In this document: piece by piece, positions 10,501 to 25,500 of the stretch
Numbering within the stretch: position 1 is the first letter of the stretch
Layout: every line of letters starts with the position of its first letter
Assembly: GCA_934754475.1 (NCBI GenBank)
Contig: CAKVHV010000001.1
Coordinates: forward strand, 420,228 to 484,227
Length of the DNA stretch: 64,000 nucleotides
Direction: 5' to 3'
Source of the DNA: an uncultured Clostridia bacterium
GTDB taxonomy: Bacteria > Bacillota > Clostridia > Christensenellales > UBA1242
Made by a program: the position numbers and the translations under genes
Notes under the pieces: generated by a model
The model's input: the letters and a program-made list of their open reading frames with translations, nothing else
The model's database searches: none
What the model was told of the DNA's origin: nothing

Positions 10501-13500
10501 CATATTCAAGTCCTAGTATATTACCATCAGATATTAGTGTCGAAACTTTGCTAGTATTGATTGCAACAACTCCGGTTGTGTATTCAGAAGTAGAAATTAT
10601 ATCTGCAACAACTGATACGTTTCGAACTAGTCCAGAATTTGTATTTCTTGCAACCAAAGCACTTGTACCATATGTATCATTATTTGAAACATACAAGTTT
10701 GAATTGACGATGTGGAAGTCTACCACAAACAAGTTTTCAATCTTTCCTTGATTTTCAAGTATCAAAGCACTATCAAAATATGTTTGACCATTAATTGTTA
10801 GTCCCATATCTGAATACAAATAGAAGCCCGAAATCTTGTGATTGTTACCATCCAAATTAGCCTTGAATAGAATAATTGGATTTATGTATTTTCCACTCAA
10901 ATCAATATCTGCTGTGAGTTTGTAATAAACAGCATTGGTATTATTACTATTGCTATTCATATTGTTTACAAATAGTACAAAGTCTTGAGTGTTTTGAATT
11001 AAGTATGGATTATAAATAGTACCTTTGTTTGTGGCTTCAGTTGTACTAAGTGAAGTACTTGTTGTACTCATATCAAATGCAGTTGAAATAAGTTTCAATG
11101 TACCCCTTGAGTCAGTATTGTCTGAATTGTTAGCCCAAACACGTGAGTCTAATTTATTTAGAGTTGTGATATTTACATTAGCACTTGCAACACTTGTTGC
11201 ATCCGCTACAGTCTTAGTTCCAACCAAATAGTTGAATTCTTTGTTGTCTAAAATGTTTCCGTTTGCAAACATCAAGTCTGAATTTGCTACACCTGAATTT
11301 ACAAAGTGAACGTTATTTTTGAGAACAACATTATTAGCATTTACAAATTTAATAGTTGGATTAGAAGTTGTAATTCCAGTATTTGATTTGTAAGTAGTAA
11401 TTCTATTTACAAAAGCATAAGTATTGTAAATTTTACCAAAGTAATCGCTAGCACCAACTACTGCACTCACATTATTGTGATTTGTTGCAAAGTCGACACC
11501 GGTTATCTCAGTTTGATTGACAGCAAACATATAATTTGCTCTACCAACCAAACCACCTACAGCAATTGAATCGGAAGTGTTAGAATTTTTGATGTTACAA
11601 ATAACTGAATTTCTAACATTTATGTTATCAAAGTAACTTGAGTTAGCAAGTCCAACCAAATTACCAATGCTTACAGCCAAATCAGTATTAATGTCAAAAT
11701 TATTAAGAGTAAGTCCTATAAACTTAGCATTATTTGACTTAGCAATCAAACCTACATGATTTGAATTGATGTCATTTGTTGTATCAAACGAACCTGTAAC
11801 ATTACTTGCAATAATATCAATTTTAATATTATTTATGCTTCCACTATCCAAAGCATCATTTAGGCTAAACATAACGCCATCAAATTGAGTTATTGGTAGC
11901 CAGAATTTGCTAGACATATCCAAGTTATTTGAAATCTTGTAATAAGCATCTTTGAACTTATAAGATACTCCGTTAACTTTGTATGTCTCATCTGGATTGT
12001 TATTAAGCATATGAGCAAGCCAGCCGAGTTTGTATGATGAATTAATTGTAAATGCGGTATTCTTGGTTAATCCATCTTCACCCGATGTAATATTGCTATC
12101 CTTGGTTGCAAATTGGATAGAACTCAATATTTCACTTAGTGTTGGTTGACCACTTGAAATAATTGGAGTTGTGTTATTAAACTTGGCTGAAGCAGTCGTA
12201 CTTCCACTCAAATTATTTGTGTAATAATTAGGAATATTGGTATCAATTCCAAATTGGTCAAAGTACGAGTAATAGTCTTTGGCAAATTTAATATCCAAGT
12301 CAACTTTTTCGTCAATTATAGTTACTGTTCCATAATCATAAGTATAAGTCTTGGTTGATGTTCCCGAAACCAAATTAAATGCCAAATTATATGACAAATA
12401 TGCTTTGTCTCTAATTCCAAGTTTGTCAGTTTCGGTATGACTAACATCTTGATAACTAGTGTATTTAATTTGATTAGTTACATCTTTGTTTGTCATTCTT
12501 GCGACAATGCTATCATTTTGGTCAGTGAGCCTATAAGAATCTAGGGTTGTACTAATAAGTTTTGCAACATGTCCGTCTGGCATTTGAGATGTAATAATTA
12601 CATTATTGCCACTTAGCATTACGCTAACTTTGAGTGTTCTACCCATAACACTTACAAGTTTTGAAACCATTGTGCTAGGAATATTTACGTAGTTATTTTC
12701 ACTACCGAATGAATATTTAAGTACACCATTGTCGTTTTTGATAGAAATTGCATTTCCAAATACACTTTCTTTCGAAATTTCCAAATGGGTCTCAGACATT
12801 CTATCTGCATCGAAAATATTGAATGTAAAGTCATACAATTTTTCAATCATATAGAAGGCATATTCACCATCAGTATTCACAGGCGAGTTAACATTTGTTG
12901 TGCTTCGTGTCAAAGTAAATTCAATTCTTGTTTGATATTCTTTTGACCCATCAATAGTTACTAGTCTTGAGTTGCTAACATCAAATATTCCGTTTGCTTC
13001 GTCGACATAAGAACTATCAAAATAAACTTTCTCATAACTGATTGAGCCATCACTCTTTCGTGTCTCATTTAGCTTGTAAATTGCTTTGATGTATTGTTCT
13101 TCAATTTCGTAGTAATAGATTTGCAATGAATTTGTAGAAGTATCATAGAATCTTCTTGCAAACTTGCCGATAAGCGAACCTTGTTTTTCATTTTGGATTT
13201 GTATTCTTACTCTACTACCTTCACTTAAGATGTCTCCCGGAGTAATATCCGAACTAGTATCAACATTTTGGATTGTTACGTTATTTGAATTTAGACAAGT
13301 ATTTCCACCTGTAGTACAAGTATTTGTATAATCAAATGGATGTGAAACATCGTCGTCACAAATAAGTTCGCCATTAGAATTATAACAACTATCTAAGTGG
13401 TTGTGATAATGCAAAGCGGTAACAACCGAAGATGTGTAGATGTATTCAACTACTGGATAATAATATCCGTCAGTAACTTTGTCGGAAGTAACGGATAGAG

Positions 13501-16500
13501 TTGCTTTGGTGATGTACTTCGAAGAAACCTTTCCATTAGACATTCCAATTTCGCTTGTTTGAATTGTTGAAGAATTAATATCAATAAACCCTGTAATATT
13601 CTTTGCATAATTCAAAGTATCATTATTTGAAACAATCTCATAACCGATTGTTCCATCTCCATTAAATTTGTATTTAATTAGAGATGCGTTTTTGATAGTA
13701 TCCCAATTTCTATCACTAGAATTTGCACTAGCATAGGTCTCATAAACCCAACCAATTAGTCTAGTTGCAATATATGAGTTTTTGTCACCTACTCTTGGTG
13801 TTGCTTCAAAGGTGAATGTTACCAAACTATTTGCACTATTTGGAGAATTTAAACCACTAGTATTTTGATAGTAGTAGTCATGTAATTCTTCAGGCAAGTA
13901 CCAAGTAGAATAATTTGTATTATCTACACTATGGTTGTAATAGCCGGAATTGCCTTTGAGCATGTTTGTTTTTCCATTACTTGTTGTACCAGAAACTGTC
14001 AAAGTGCCATATTCGTTACTTATAGTATTAGTAATACTATCTCGTGACATTTTTGTACCATTTATTCCAGTACCCAAGAAATTAAAGTTTTTGCTTAGAA
14101 CAATCTTGAGAGTATGATTATTTGTTCTAGCATATGTCTTTTGGTCTCCAGAATAATTAGAATTTGACGAAATCAAATTTAAATAATCTGTAGATATAGC
14201 ACTTGTTGATGATGTTGGATTTCTACGATAATTGTAATTTAGGAATGGCACACCATCAAGAACAATGCTAACAATATGATAATTAGTTTTTGGAGTAATT
14301 TTGATACGATTACTTGTTTTGTTTGCATCAATAGAATCACTATGCAAAACTTGAACGTAATAATCTATAGCATTCTTTGTGCTAGTAGTATCAGTATGTT
14401 CGTCTTTGACACCATAAATGATTTGTTCATAGCCATAATCATTAGTTAACTCAAATACCGAAGTGATGTTTTCGTCGGTGAAATCAATACCTTCAACCGA
14501 AAGTTCTACCTTGACATCATGAGTATTTTTGTTGCCAATTAGCATTGGATATGGATATGTGTGAATCTCATCAGTAGTCTGATAATACCAAACATTATCA
14601 AAATCAAATCCGTTTAGACCAGTTTTGTTTTTGAGATTTGCATCACTTATGCCATTGGTGATATTTGTAGGAACAGAACTAAATGTGCCATTGAGCATAT
14701 AAATTCCATTTCCAGAACTTGTACCACTTGTCACTCCGTTAGCCGAAGCCAAACTGAAGTTTGCACTTGAATAGAAATAATTAATCTCAAGTCCAGTACC
14801 AGTACCACTCAAAGCATATGCTTTGGAATTTGATGTCTTTTCAAACTCGTTAATACTTGCTACATACTCACTATTTGCATAATTTCCATAGTAAGAATTA
14901 TTTACACTAATATTTGTGTGCTTTCCAACAAGTCCACCAAAGTACGATGAATTATTTACTCTTGTCTTGTTTCCATAAGTATTAATAGTTGCAGACGAGT
15001 GAACTTTGCTAAGTGACCCACCATTCATGTATCCTACGATACCACCAACATATTTTGGTGATGTAGTGTTCTTTCCAAATGCACCAATACTTATATTTCC
15101 AACAAATTCAAGTTCGTACAAGGCTTGAGAGTTTGTTCCAATCAAACCACCAATATATACTTCGTTAGAATCAGAATTATTAATATTTGCATCAATTGTT
15201 CCTTGAACACTAGTAGATAGAATTTCGCCTGTGTTGTTAGAAACAATCAAAGCATAGTTGCTTGGCTTGTATGTTGCAAATACACCTACTGACATATAGA
15301 TATTTTCTACATACAAGTTTTTGATAACCCCTGCGTTAGTTCCAAACATCGCATAACTATTTGTGTCTCTACTATAGTTATTAAGAACAATATTCGAAAT
15401 CTTGTAACCAGCACCATTGAAAGTATATCCACTTGAAATATCCACTGTTGGCCATACAGAGTATCCAAAGTCAATATCTTGGGTTAGTCTTAGTTCTACA
15501 TAAGATTTTGAACTGTCTATATTACTTAGATGTCCAAGTAAGTCATTTTTGCTTGAAATAGCATAGATTTTTGGGCTATTTGCAGATGTGCCACCGGTGT
15601 GGTTGTCTACATTTGTAAATGTTGAATATGTGCTGTCAATCTTGAGTTTGCGTGTAGTTGTAGTTGGGTTTGACCAACGAATAGCAAAGTTGCTAGTTTG
15701 ATTACTTGACACAAATTCAGTATCTGTATTTGTCGCAAGGAATGTTTTGGAGAATATCGAATGATATACAAAAGTTGTATTAGTTGTCAAATCACTATTA
15801 GATATAGGATTTGTAGTTGCTGGCTTGTCACCTGTTACTTCAAAGTAAATATCATGAGCATATGCACTACTTGAAGTGTAATTAGAAATAAGTCCAGCAA
15901 GTTTTAGATTAGTTCCACCAGAAACCCTATTGCCAGTTCCAGTGATACTAATATTTGACAAATATTCATTCGTGCTTATTCCGTTGTCAGTAACAATTGG
16001 CTTGTCACTACTATTACAGTTGCTTTGACCAATTACAAACGAAGCACTAATATTTTCACCAGTTATTGTACATACAAAACTTCCGGTAGATTTGGAGTTT
16101 CTAATAACATTGTAGCCATTAGTTGTTCCTATAAACTTAGCAAAATAGTAATTGCTAGATAATGCTAACGAAGAAACTGATGTATATGTTACATTGTTAA
16201 TTTCAACATCCAAAATTGTAGTGTTTGTCGAACTACCGATAATAGAACCATTGAATTTATTTTTGGAATTGTAATAAGTTCCTACAAAATCATCAATTAC
16301 AAGTCCTTCGATAGTAGCACCATTAGTAGTATCCAATAGTGACATTGAACTATCAACATTATAGTTGTAATATGCAGTGTTACCCGAACTAGTATAAGTA
16401 AACTCGTCATTATATGAATTAATATAACTTGGAGTACTATTAGTTCCGTCAATAGTCAAAGAACTATTAAGCATAATGTTTGCTTGTCCGGTTGTACGAA

Positions 16501-19500
16501 GTCCACTAATTTTGTATTTTTCCGAAATGATTTGACCACGGAAGTCAATCATTGGAAGCCATAGATGTGCCGACATATTTATATCACTATCAATATAAAT
16601 AATTGTATTTTCACTAGCACTTCCTTGAGAAATACTTGGTGTACTTGCAATATAAGCAAGTTGACTAGCGGTTGTTACATGATAACCAACCTTAGAAATT
16701 CCATTTTTTGTAATTGTAGTAGAAGAAATAGAAGTATGATAGTTTGGATTTCTCCAAGTATCAGATGTAAATACCAAAGTAATTTCGGTATTATATTGCA
16801 TGTAGTTGACGTCACTACCTGGTGTCCAGTCTCTAATAGAATAAACAAATACATTGTTTTCACTACTAAAGTAAATATCGTCTTCGGCAGTTGCACTATT
16901 TTGACCACTCTTTGAGAAGTACATATTCGAAGCATTAGTATACTTAGCACTAACGGAAGCAAAGGTTGAATGTTCTTGTGGATAAGCTTTGATAACCAAA
17001 TACTTAGCACCATTAGTTATAAGTGAATTAGTCGCTCTGAAAATATCATTTGTCTCATTAGCATACTTGTTTTGGTCAAACAAAGTATAATTTGTCGATG
17101 CACTTAGAGCATCAGTTGAAGTTGAATATCCAAATTGGAAGTATCCGTTTCCATAAATATTAATCTTGTCTACGTTGTCTGAGTTCAAAGTATAGTCAGC
17201 AACAATATTGTAAGAAGCGCCATCCGAATCACTAGGAACAGATATTGAGTACTCATACATTCCGTTTTTGGTAGCCAATGCAGAAGCCAAAACCAAATAA
17301 GTACTAGTTCCCGCAATCTTAAAGCCCTTGAAGTCGTAAGATGTTGTTGCCGAAATATCTTGAGCATATAGAGTGAGAGTTGTAAAATCAGTTTTAGTCG
17401 CTTGAACGGTGGCGGAAATAGTTTTTGGCTTGCTAGAAATATTATTTGAAACATAAATATTCTTGCCTTTGTATTCCCCGCTTGTTAGACTAGTGGACTT
17501 AAACGAGCCATAAGTCAATTTTTCCGTTGGAGTTGTTGCCCCTACTGGGTCAATGGTTTTTTGTCCCATCTCAATTATAGGTTGAGTAGAAACGTCCAAA
17601 TATTCTGGATTGACAGTTAATGTCACATTTCTCTTTTCCATGAAACGCAATGTTTCAATCCACTTGTCAGATGTTTGTGCAACTTTTTCTTTTCCAGTAG
17701 TAGCATCAACATTGCTTGACGAGAAGTAAACGGTTTTTTCAAATTTAATCTGATTTTGACTAGCATTATTTACACTATAATAGGTTGTATTGCCTTGACC
17801 GGCGATATATCCTATGTTTTGAGTATTGCTAGTGACTACATTACTATCATAGATTTGAGTTTGATTATACAAGTTATCAAATTTGTCATCATCCCAGAGA
17901 ACTTGAACTGTAGTTTCTTCATTTTCTAGAACGTGAACATTCTTGTAATAAATATCTCCGCCTGTAGTTGTAGTTGGAATAGTATAAGTACTAGTTCCAA
18001 TCTTCAAAATTACACTAGCAGGTGTTCCATCTGAAGCATTAGACAAATATGTTGAAAATTCAATTGTATATTCTCTAGCAAATGATGGAGTAACAGAATT
18101 TTTGTCTTGATATATATTATTGTCCGAAACGGTCAATGTGTTAGACGAATAATAACTTTCTCTAAGCGATTTATCAATCAAAGCATTGTTATAAACACCA
18201 CTTGAAAGGTTTTCGTAATCGACATATTTTTCGGTATTATTGTCCGTTATCTTTACTTGGAAATGTGCAGTATTTTGAGTTGTATTGTTTGTATAAGATA
18301 CTTCGTGTGGAATATATCTCTCACTAGTTTCAATTGCACTAGTATTTTCAATATAAGGAGTTAGAGTTGTCTTATAATAAAGTCCATTGTCACCATTTCC
18401 ATGATATACAACAAATACATAAGTATTCCCCGTAGATTCATGATTTATTTCAAAAATATTAGATATACTAGTATCCCTATTAATAGTTCCAGTTGAAATC
18501 GAATTAGTAGCATTATAAACCATTGAATATGATTGCGAAGAAGTTCCGTTTGAACCGCCCGTCCAACCATCAGGATACACAACTTGAGAATATAATGGTT
18601 TGATTTTTACCAAATTTTTTTCCACATTACGTTTAAAGGAATAAAATTCAGTTGTTGCAGTACCCTTGCCGACTGAGTTGTGACCAGCAACACCATTAGG
18701 TTTTTCAAGTGTAACAAGAACGACAGGATTATATAACAATGTAATTTCTTCGCTAGCAGTAATATTTGAAATTGTCAAACTATAAGTAGTTCCACCTTGG
18801 TCTGCAGTAGTTTTAATTGTTGAACTTCCCAACCTAGAAATATTTTCGTAAACATAGCCCGGAACATAATTATCTACACTAGTAGATGTAAATGAAGGCT
18901 CAACAACAGCATCGAATGTTTCACCACTGATTGTTCCATTATAAGGAACAACAAATGTCTTAAAATAAACTTTGTTATCTGAAGTTGTATAACCATCTGC
19001 AACACCAAACTTAGATTTGAAAGTTCCATTTGTTAGATTAAACGCATCATTTCTAGTTGAAGCAAACTTGATTGTAACCTTATTGGTATAAGTAAAGTAA
19101 GCAGATACACGAATCTCTTTGTTGTCTTGTTGATTTGTACTTGAATTAACGGAAGGATGTTCAGATGTTTTGTTTGTAAGTTTTAGTGTGCCTTCAAAAC
19201 TTCCTGAGCCGTTCATAAGTTCGGTCTTATTATAGCCAATTTCCAAACCATTGTGAGAATATCCGTAAATTATGTTTGTAATACCTTCATATGGATTGTA
19301 ATTATTAACATTGTGTGTTCTAAATTTGTAACTACTATCTTGATTAACCGAAGTTACAAATGTTACTGACCCAAAGTAGCCAATATAATTTTTGTTGCCT
19401 TCCATAGCGAGAATTTCGCTCAAAGGCTTGCCAGTAAACTTGGTATCAGTACTTAAGTTATCGTTAGTAACCAAAGTCTTAAGTCCTTGATTATTCTTTA

Positions 19501-22500
19501 GTGCAGCCAATTTGAATTGATTGCCATCAGGTCTTACATCATCAGTAAATACATTTCCATTAAGGTCACATATTCCGTAGAAGACATTATATGTAGTCTT
19601 TTTCTCAGTTACATATAGCACAATTGGATTTCCATTGGTAGAATTAATATGGCTTTCATTAGCAATGAATGTATAATTGCCATAACCTTGTTTTACAAGA
19701 TTCTCGCTTGTAAATCCAGCAAAGCATTCTTTCATTCCCGCAGAATTTGGTTTGTATTCTTCAAAGCCTTGGTCAAACGAAAGTGTCATTCTTACTTGGT
19801 CAAATCTATCTACAAAGTTTGCAGTCTCGTTTACTTTCGAAGCATTGCTCTTGTCTTTGGCAATAATACCAATATAAATTCCATCTTTTACTTCATAGAT
19901 TCCATTATCTTTTACTTTAGTAACTGGATTAGTATCATTGCCAAATGCAATTGAGCCACCAGTTACACCACTAAAGTTGTTTTGACCATTTTCAGAAATA
20001 AATGATTTATTGGTTGCACCAGTATCTAGTCTAATCATTTCTACCAAGTCGATATAGTATGTTCCAGCAGTCGCACTAGTGATAGTAAATGTGCTAGTAG
20101 CATTATTAAATCCATTGTTGTTGATAGTAAACGAAGGAACTGAAGATACACCATTGGTTGCAATTTTGGCAATTCTGAATGGTGCAATGTAAGAATCAAC
20201 ATTTTCAAAAGGAACATAAGCATCAATAGTAATGCTTTGACCACTTATAAATTTCTTTTGATAGGACGAACCAAATGTAGTAAATTTGTCGGTTGCATAT
20301 TCGCCCGCATAACCCAAATACAAATCTGCCTTATTTTTGGTATCAAAATCTTCATAAGCATTCAAACTTGTTCTAATTCTATACTTAATAGTTACTTCAT
20401 ATAGTCTATTTAGATTTACTTGACCTATAGTATGATTTTTGAAACTACCCTGCAATTTATCATTAACATAAGTAGTGTCAAATGGTATGCCAGTAGTATT
20501 TATATAGAAACTATCCGAGTTTGAAGTATCAAGCGAAACAAACGAGCACGATGTACCAGAGTGTGCATCATTATGTTTAGTCATATCCTTGAATGAATAA
20601 TTTACAAGACCAGATGTGTCGTACTTAACAAAGATATTAAAACTATCAATAAAGTTTCTGTTTGTTCCAGTGCCACAACCAACTATCATATATCCATCAC
20701 TGCGAAGTGGAAGTGGTTTGGAGCATGCACTATCTTGGAATAGAGATACTTGTCCATAAATATTATCAGCACCAATATCAAAAGTATTTTTTGTACTATT
20801 TGTAAGTATTGTTGCAACTTTGGTTACAGCACCGTTATCATAAGTATTAATTTCAAGTTGAACTGGTTTTGCTTGTGAATAGAAAGCAGTATAATAAATG
20901 TTTTCGTTGTTTGCATTAGTAATCTGAACATTATTTACAGTAAATGGAGTATTTGTAGATACTGCAGTAGTTATTGGAGTAGAAACATTCGTGTAATAGG
21001 TGGAATAACCCGAATTTTTGTACCAACTATCTTGGGCAGTATAATCTGTTCCGCTTACATAAGAATTTGTGCCTTTAAGCAAGCCAAATACATAGAATTT
21101 ATCTTTGGAGAATGGAGTGTTTGTGTTCTCGTTAATTTGGTCACTAGCACTAAGTTTAAAATACTCACCTTCTCTTAGATAAATAGATGCATAGTTTCCG
21201 ATACTACTCTCAGTTAGTTCTTGTTTGTTATTCGCTTTTTCGATTTGAGTTACAGAAATTGCACCATTCGCTTTGGAAGCAGCTGCATTTGTTACATTAA
21301 CTCTATCTAGGAATACTTGGTGATAATAATCAAATACAGTTTTTATTTCAATATTATCACAATAATTAACTGTTGTAGTAGATTTTTTGTCAAGTGTATA
21401 AGTTATCGTACCACCAGTTGTAGGGTCAACCCTACCACCGGCATTTGCTACCCATGTAGACGACGATTCAATCGAACAATTGTCATAATTACTAATAGCC
21501 TGTGCGGTCAATTTACTTCCTGCGGTATTCAAAGTTTTTGTAGTTGAACCCGCTGTTATTTGTCCCATATTAATAGCATACGGCATTGTTGTATTGTCTG
21601 AATAAGTAATAATTACCTTAGCACCAGCAACAACTCTAAGAGTATATGTTCCGGCACTAAACTTGCCATCGATATTAGCAGATATAGTTCCAATAACCTT
21701 AGCACCATGCTTAATTTGATAAGTAACGTCTGAACTTGTTTGGTTAGATTTCTCAATTACAAGTGCTTCTTTGAAGGCATTGGTATCAGTATTAAATCTA
21801 TTAACTTCGCCTAACAACGAAATTTGGAAAGATCCATCAAATTTGTGTCTAAAGTTAACTGAATATGTGCTTGGAATATCTACATTTAGACCATCTTTGA
21901 TAGCATACTCAATCCAGTCGCTATAGAAATCAGGTTTAAAGTTAATTGTAGTTGTTATCGTGCCACTATTTAGATAAGTATAGTTTGCATATAGAGACTG
22001 ATTTGGTTTATCAGAAGTAGCACTATTATCTACAACTATCCACGAATTAGTATAGATGTTGACATCGTTACTCTTGGCGATTAGATATAGTTTTGTAAAG
22101 TACCCTACTGTAATTTTGGTGTACTTAATGTCAGGCAGGTCAGCATACATAGCCATTCCATTATAGGTACTTCGTTTGCTCGCATCAATATCACTAACAG
22201 ATGTAGGAATTTGTGAACTAATATTTGTAGCAGTACCAGTGCTTGCATTAGTATCAAATCTACGAGCAGATTCAGCCGCTTTTAGTTCTATTAGAGCAGA
22301 ATTTGCATTGCTTCCCGAAATTGTAGTAGCACTTGCACCATTTTGAGAAAGAGTTGTATAAACATCAATTGTTCCAGCATAACAGCTTGTACAACTTGAA
22401 TTGTTACAACCATGTCCAACGGTGTGTGTAAATTGTTTTTCGGCTATATTTATTCTAATAGTAAATATCTTAAATGTATTAGCACTTGAATTTCTAAAAT

Positions 22501-25500
22501 TACCCGAAAGTGTTGTATTGTTAGCGTCAACCGATACTACCGAACAATCCGAAGTACTAGCAGTAGCACTACCTTCAAGAATAGTCATACCCTTGTATTC
22601 CCAACCACGCATGCTAGTATTATTCAAAACACCAGTATTAAAGTTGAATTTATAAGCATTTGCATTAGTCTTTGAATTTTCACTAGAGAAATATCTATAT
22701 GCCCCATATTGGCTAGCATTTGGAGTGTTTTGGTTAGAATTTCCCGAAGAATCATGTGTAATTCCGCCTAGAATTGTGTTAATTTGGTCTTTAGTCATTG
22801 AAGCATTAGCAGAATAATATGTAACATATACATTATATTTATTACCAGATATAGTACTAGCGGTATAGTACCTTTGAGCATATGCGGTGTTTGTAGTATT
22901 TGAAATAACCGCATGAGTTTGGATATGGTTAGAACCATTTAATTTGGATACATAACTATAACTATCTGTAATGAGTCTAATTCCACTAACTTGAGTACTC
23001 TTAACTTGGCTACCAGTGTAACCAACCATAAGTTCAACAGCCGAAGTATCGCTCAAAGCATTGTTTGTGCTGATTTGAATGTTTACACTAAAGTTAGCAT
23101 TAAATTCATTCAAAATATTGCTACTACCCGAAGTTCTTTGGAAGAATAACCCCATATACTTGGCAGAACTTGATGCAGTAATTGTTTGGATATATTGGTA
23201 ATCCGAATTAGTGTCAACTTGGGCTAAGTTTTCATTAAATGTTACAAGTTTAACTTTGTAGTCAGCCATATTGCTACTAACTCTGTATGTTTTTCCGCTA
23301 ACAATTGGGAAATATCCGTCAACATTAGGCACTATCAACTGATTTCCCGAATTTGTATACGACTTAAAGTTATCCAAATTCAAACCATAATCGGCTACAA
23401 AGTCAATAACGTATGGCGAAGTGCTACTAGCAGTAACCGCCCCGTCAACATATGAGTCATAGATTGTGTACCAGGTAGAATTGTCTGTACTTAAGTACAA
23501 TGCATTAAATGCACCATTAATCGAAATCCTAGTAATATTTTTGTTTCCGCCCAAATTTAGCGTTGGACTTGACGAAGTAGTACTAGTTCCGTCGTAGTAA
23601 ACGGTGTAACTAGGCATAGTACCAGCACTAAACTTCAAGTATCTAGCACTAATTGTATTAGATGCCCACTTCAAAGCCACCGGACTAGCACCCGAACTAG
23701 CCGAAATTGTCTTGGCAGTTTCGCACATAACTGGCTCAACCAAAATATTACTACAAGAGCCATAATAGTTACTCTTTTCGCTGTTTACTAAATAGTTAAG
23801 TGCAAGTGTTACATTATTTGAATTTCTAGCAATCGTTGCAGTAAAGTTTTGTTCCAATGAATTTCCGGTATATGTATATTGCTTTGGAACTTTCAAATTA
23901 CTAGAACCCGAAGAAATTGTGTATAAAGTATAAGGAGTACTTTGAGTTGTACTAGTATCCCCAGTTGTTTTGTATACATAAATTTTAAAGTACTTGAGAG
24001 AATAACCACTTGCAGGAGTTAATGTATATGTTGTTCCCGAATATGATGTCTCTGTCCCATTTGAAATTGTAAAACTATTTACCCCTTGACCAACATTTGA
24101 ACTAGCATCACGAGTTATCATCTGCGGACTAATTCTATTTGTTCGGTGCAAAGTTATTCCCACAAACTGAGCCGAAATATTAAACGTCGTGCCGGTATTA
24201 TAAGTTCCTTTGAGATTTGTGTTGGCTGTATCATACCATGTCAATGGGTCTTGAGCATAAGTACCATTAGTAAGTCCATTAACTTGAGCATATTGTCTAT
24301 AAAAGTTTGAAGCATTAGTAAACTTAACTTCCAAGTTAGTATAGTAATAAATATTAAGAGTACTTATGCTAAGTGTATAATTAGTACCACTAGTATTAGT
24401 TAGCGACAAAGTTGAATTATTGCCATAAGTATTGTTATACTTGTCTTTGATATCAATAGTTCCACGACCATAGATTGTAACCGATGTATTCTTGCCAACA
24501 GAAGTACCATCTTCGTATGTACCAAAAGTTTGTTTTTCGACTAAATATGGAGTATAAGCCGAAACGATAGTAATAGTATCACTATCCAAATAACTAGACT
24601 TGTTAAGCTCAATTTCAATTTTAAGAGTTTTGCAATCAATAAGATAAGTGCTTCCTGATGCAGTAAGTGTCACCTTGTAATTAGTTACATCATCAGCATC
24701 ATTTGTACTAATATATTCTGAATAAGGCGCTTTTGTAGTCTTTAAATTTGTTGCGGCAGCAAAAAGTCTATAACTTCCAAATACAAGTCGGCTTAATTCA
24801 AATCCGTCATCAATGGTCATAGTTGCAGTGACTATTAAGTTAACACCAGACGAAGTTGACGCAAGGTCATAAGTAATTTCCTTTGTGCCATTAGTTCTAG
24901 CCGCTGCAAAGGTTGAACCATTTAGTTTTGCACTAATACTAATACTCTTAATTCCGTCAACCGATTCGCCTTGTTTAGATTTTGCATCATCAACACTATT
25001 AAAGTTAAGAGTAACATAAGGCGCATAAGTAAAGATTATCGAAGAATTTCCGTCCTTCAAATATCCTTTCAAGGTATATTTTTGGTCTTTCTTTCCATCA
25101 ATTGTAATTGTACTTGGATTTAGATTTTGGAAAAAGTCTTTTTGAGTTTGACTACTACTATTTGTAACATTTGGGTAGCCACTATCCGAAGATTCCAAAC
25201 TAATAAGGATGTTTCTGTCAGCCACAGTTGCAATACTATCCTTGTCACCCCTAGTAAACTCAAAGTAGTTTCCATAAACAGATGTCAAAACATATGTGTA
25301 TTTACCAGTCGAGCCATAAGTGGTACTTCCCGATGCTTGCAAAGTCACATTGGCTAGCAAATTAGAACTATAATTGATTGTATTTGCACCAATTGACGAT
25401 GTGTTGTTTTTGGCAAGTTTTACTAATGTTCCGTTTTCACTGCTAGATGTTAGATGAACAGGATCAGGACTACGTCCAGTAGATGTATAAGTATAAAAAC

